From assembly GCA_047495785.1 (NCBI GenBank), contig JBLDXI010000012.1, positions 1 through 64,000 of the forward strand: a stretch of DNA of 64,000 nucleotides. Reading direction: 5' to 3'. Source of the stretch: Lepidodermella squamata (lineage: Eukaryota > Animalia > Gastrotricha). Each line of letters begins with the position of its first letter. The stretch's first letter is position 1. The notes beneath the pieces are model-generated. The model was given only the letters and a program-made list of their open reading frames with translations. It made no database searches and was not told the DNA's origin. Both the position numbers and the translations under genes were made by a program. This document shows, piece after piece, positions 61,406-64,000 of the stretch.

Positions 61406-61756
61406 TTACACGAGGTATGCAGCCCGGGCCTGACCCAGCGTTTGCAGCGCCTTTAAATTGCGCCGCAAATTCTCCTTGATCCGTTCGACATTAGCGTCGA
61501 TTGTGCCGCGATGTACCTTCGAAACCGAAGCCCAGTTCGAGCGTTTCCTCTCCTCTGGGGCTAATGGTTGGTCATCGTTATCATCAACAACCGCGGCTAC
61601 GTCCGGCCTAGAGTCCGCTTCGCCGAAGAAATAGTCGCCAAATGCGTGATTTTCAATATTTTGATCGGCATTGCTCGAGACCTCATCGCTCCATACACCG
61701 ACCAGCAGGCACAGCAAGCATAAGGCCAGGGCAAAGCTTTTAGCACCCGAAATCAT
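61406..61756 (-). CDS. Secreted prepropeptide
   Basis: Signal peptide, acidic pro-region, RKR cleavage site, ~44-aa helical mature peptide. Confidence 0.8.
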   Translation of the reverse strand: MISGAKSFALALCLLCLLVGVWSDEVSSNADQNIENHAFGDYFFGEADSRPDVAAVVDDNDDQPLAPEERKRSNWASVSKVHRGTIDANVERIKENLRRNLKALQTLGQARAAYLV

Positions 61757-63375
61757 CTTTTTTGCAAAATGAAAATGAATCTAATTCTAACGCGCAAAAA
61801 ATATAAGAATTAAGCTGGATGATGGTCGGATAATTGGTCAAATAATCCAAGAGAGGAAATCAATCGATTTTTTAATGAGTAATTGGGAAAACAACAAGAA
61901 TTCGCCGCTAGGATCGCGCAACTCCCTAAGCAATAAAGATTTCAATTTAAAAATGCGCCCGTGGCAAGTTTTAATCCGTGTTTCATGCGAGCCAATAAGA
62001 CCAGCGTGTCTACTTAAATGAGGATTTATGCATGGCTCAACAACTTTTTTAGATATAAATCGAGGCTAGGCTATATTGTGACTTGAATGAAACACGACGG
62101 GATCAAGTGATTGATAATGTGTCATATAATTGCCATATAGGTCCACTCACTCGCATGATTAAATATCGCGGCAATGGGGTTTCGTCGTGTGCCCGGATGC
62201 ATGTTCATTATTACAATATATTGTCCATGCACAAGTGCCTAGGGCTTTGCCGTTATTATTGCCAGCGATGTGATGTCTTTCTTTTTTGGTCGGGAGCACG
62301 TATTTTATGAAAACGAAAAGCAGCGGAGTGGCTGTGATGACGCGGAGACGCGCATATTCAGCCGCGCTCGACCACCTCCGCGATGAATACAACCCACTTT
62401 TCCGCTGGTTATTGCAAGGTCCGCTCTTCGCACTTCCGGTGTCGTCTTATTAGGATGCGCATACCACGCCATTTCCTGCTATTTCACTAGACTTATCAAT
62501 CTCAGTTGATTCTTTGATATAAGAAACTCTGAGTTAAACTTATTTTGGCTCTACCGAGACGAGAACGCCACAAAACGATCTGAGAACCTGCCGAGTAGTT
62601 TCGGCAACGTGGTGATAGGGAAAGTTAGCTTTGATATTTGATCGCTATAACAAGTGAGAATTGGGATTTTGCAAAATTTTAGACATCTTGATGAGATTTC
62701 GATGTCACTTTAAAGATCAATTAACGACGAGTCGAGCGATATAAAAAATGGGTTGATGCTGGTCATCTGGGTTGCAGAGCAAATGGGCTTCAAAGCTTAG
62801 ACGCGAAAAAAGTTAATATATTGGGCTGAAGGTCGAATATCCATCGATGTCCACCAATGGTTGTAATCCGGAATCCAGAATCATCAAATCCGGATAATGA
62901 AAAATGCGCGCTTTAGAACCTTATTTTATTGCATCAATTAAAATAATAATCCCCCACTCAATAAATTCTGATGTTATGCACAGTCGAAATTTTTCAGGTT
63001 AATCTGAGGTGAGGAATTTCGTTTTGGATATTCGAAAACTTTGTTGAAACAACCTGGTGTAAGGAATGAAAGCTGATTTTCGGCTGAAACGGTTAGAAGT
63101 GAAATTAGACCTGAAGATCGATAGCCCAGCCTAATTCGGGATCGGAGCACATCGAGAAGCTTCATTTAGCTTGGAAACTGGAGTAAGCCTGGAATAAATA
63201 AAGGACATGTGAGCTTTGACAGCGCCTCATCCAATCTAGAATCTGAATCTCATCCCTGAAACACTGATTTTTTACCCGAATTTTCGATGGATAAATACGT
63301 CATTTATTTTCTGATTGGCAAACATAATTTTCGGAATCTGACAAAAAACTAGACTACGAAAAGCAGACGGAAATG

Positions 63376-64000
63376 TTAGTCACGAGTAAGGACTTTATGA
63401 CCTGTCCGCATTGTAAACAAAACTGCCGGCGTGATGCTAATAGCTGCGATGTAGACACACATGTTGAAGCGCTCGACGACCTCGGCAATAAATATCCACT
63501 GGGCCGATACGTACTCTGGGTCGTTCGAATTAGGATGCTCGTCATCTTTGACAGAGGCCGAATCACCATTATTGCTTTCCGAGGCGCTGTCACCCCGCCG
63601 ATTCGCGAACAAATCAGGGCGAATTTGAAAAATTTCTTGCAAAGCGCTGGAGACAGGGATTCGCTCCGTAGTTTTCGTCGTATCAAATTCGACGATAAAA
63701 ACCTTCCCAACAGCTAGGAAAAACTTGAAAATCTTCCCATTCGGCTTTGAAATCTGAAAATTACCGATTTAGCTGGTGGATAAATGTAAATTGGGAAGAA
63801 CTTACGTTGTACTTTACCCGAGCTTTTCGAACCAGATAGAAAATGATTGTTTCCCCTAAAAGGGCTATGACACCAATGTAGCCCATTTGCAGGTCGATGT
63901 ACAGGGTAAGAAGGGGTACATCTTCGCCAGATCGAGGAATGTCAGGCAAAATCATTCCCTGGAAAAAAAGTAAGGTTACGAAAGCCACTTTAAGGTGGAA
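63376..64000 (-). CDS. Cys-loop ligand-gated ion channel (nAChR-like) subunit, 3' exons only
   Basis: M2-M3: FVTLLFFQGMILPDIPRSGEDVPLL; M4: QWIFIAEVVERFNMCVY; intron ~63714-63802. Confidence 0.8.

Noticed and set aside
63354-63717. Cys-rich plus-strand ORF and alternative minus-strand ORF
   Set aside because: Shadows of the ion-channel exon.

Overview
AT-rich eukaryotic DNA, most likely from an invertebrate animal: short ~50-bp GT-AG introns, a class A GPCR and a Cys-loop receptor. The species cannot be named from sequence. (1) Bases 1-8772 are one end of a Polinton/Maverick (adintovirus-like) element. It encodes an adenain-type protease, a major capsid gene split by two spliceosomal introns, an Arg-rich core protein, a minor capsid protein, a chromodomain integrase, a TATA-binding-protein-like gene and an ORF with an internal repeat. 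It ends in subterminal repeats and the typical ...ACTACT terminus. (2) A five-exon peptide-receptor-like GPCR follows. (3) From ~14 to 62 kb lies an array of about 25 short genes with single-exon ORFs for signal-peptide proteins whose mature parts lack cysteine. At least 11 share the motif [YFMI]xx[LM]xD[ILM][NSKA][DEA] directly after the predicted signal cleavage site. (4) Inside this array sits a secreted sushi-trypsin-3xsushi-ankyrin protease. Also present: several MITEs, a decayed MULE, a kinase/ankyrin pseudogene and the 3' end of a nicotinic-receptor-like subunit. Exons and motifs were read by eye and no database searches were run.
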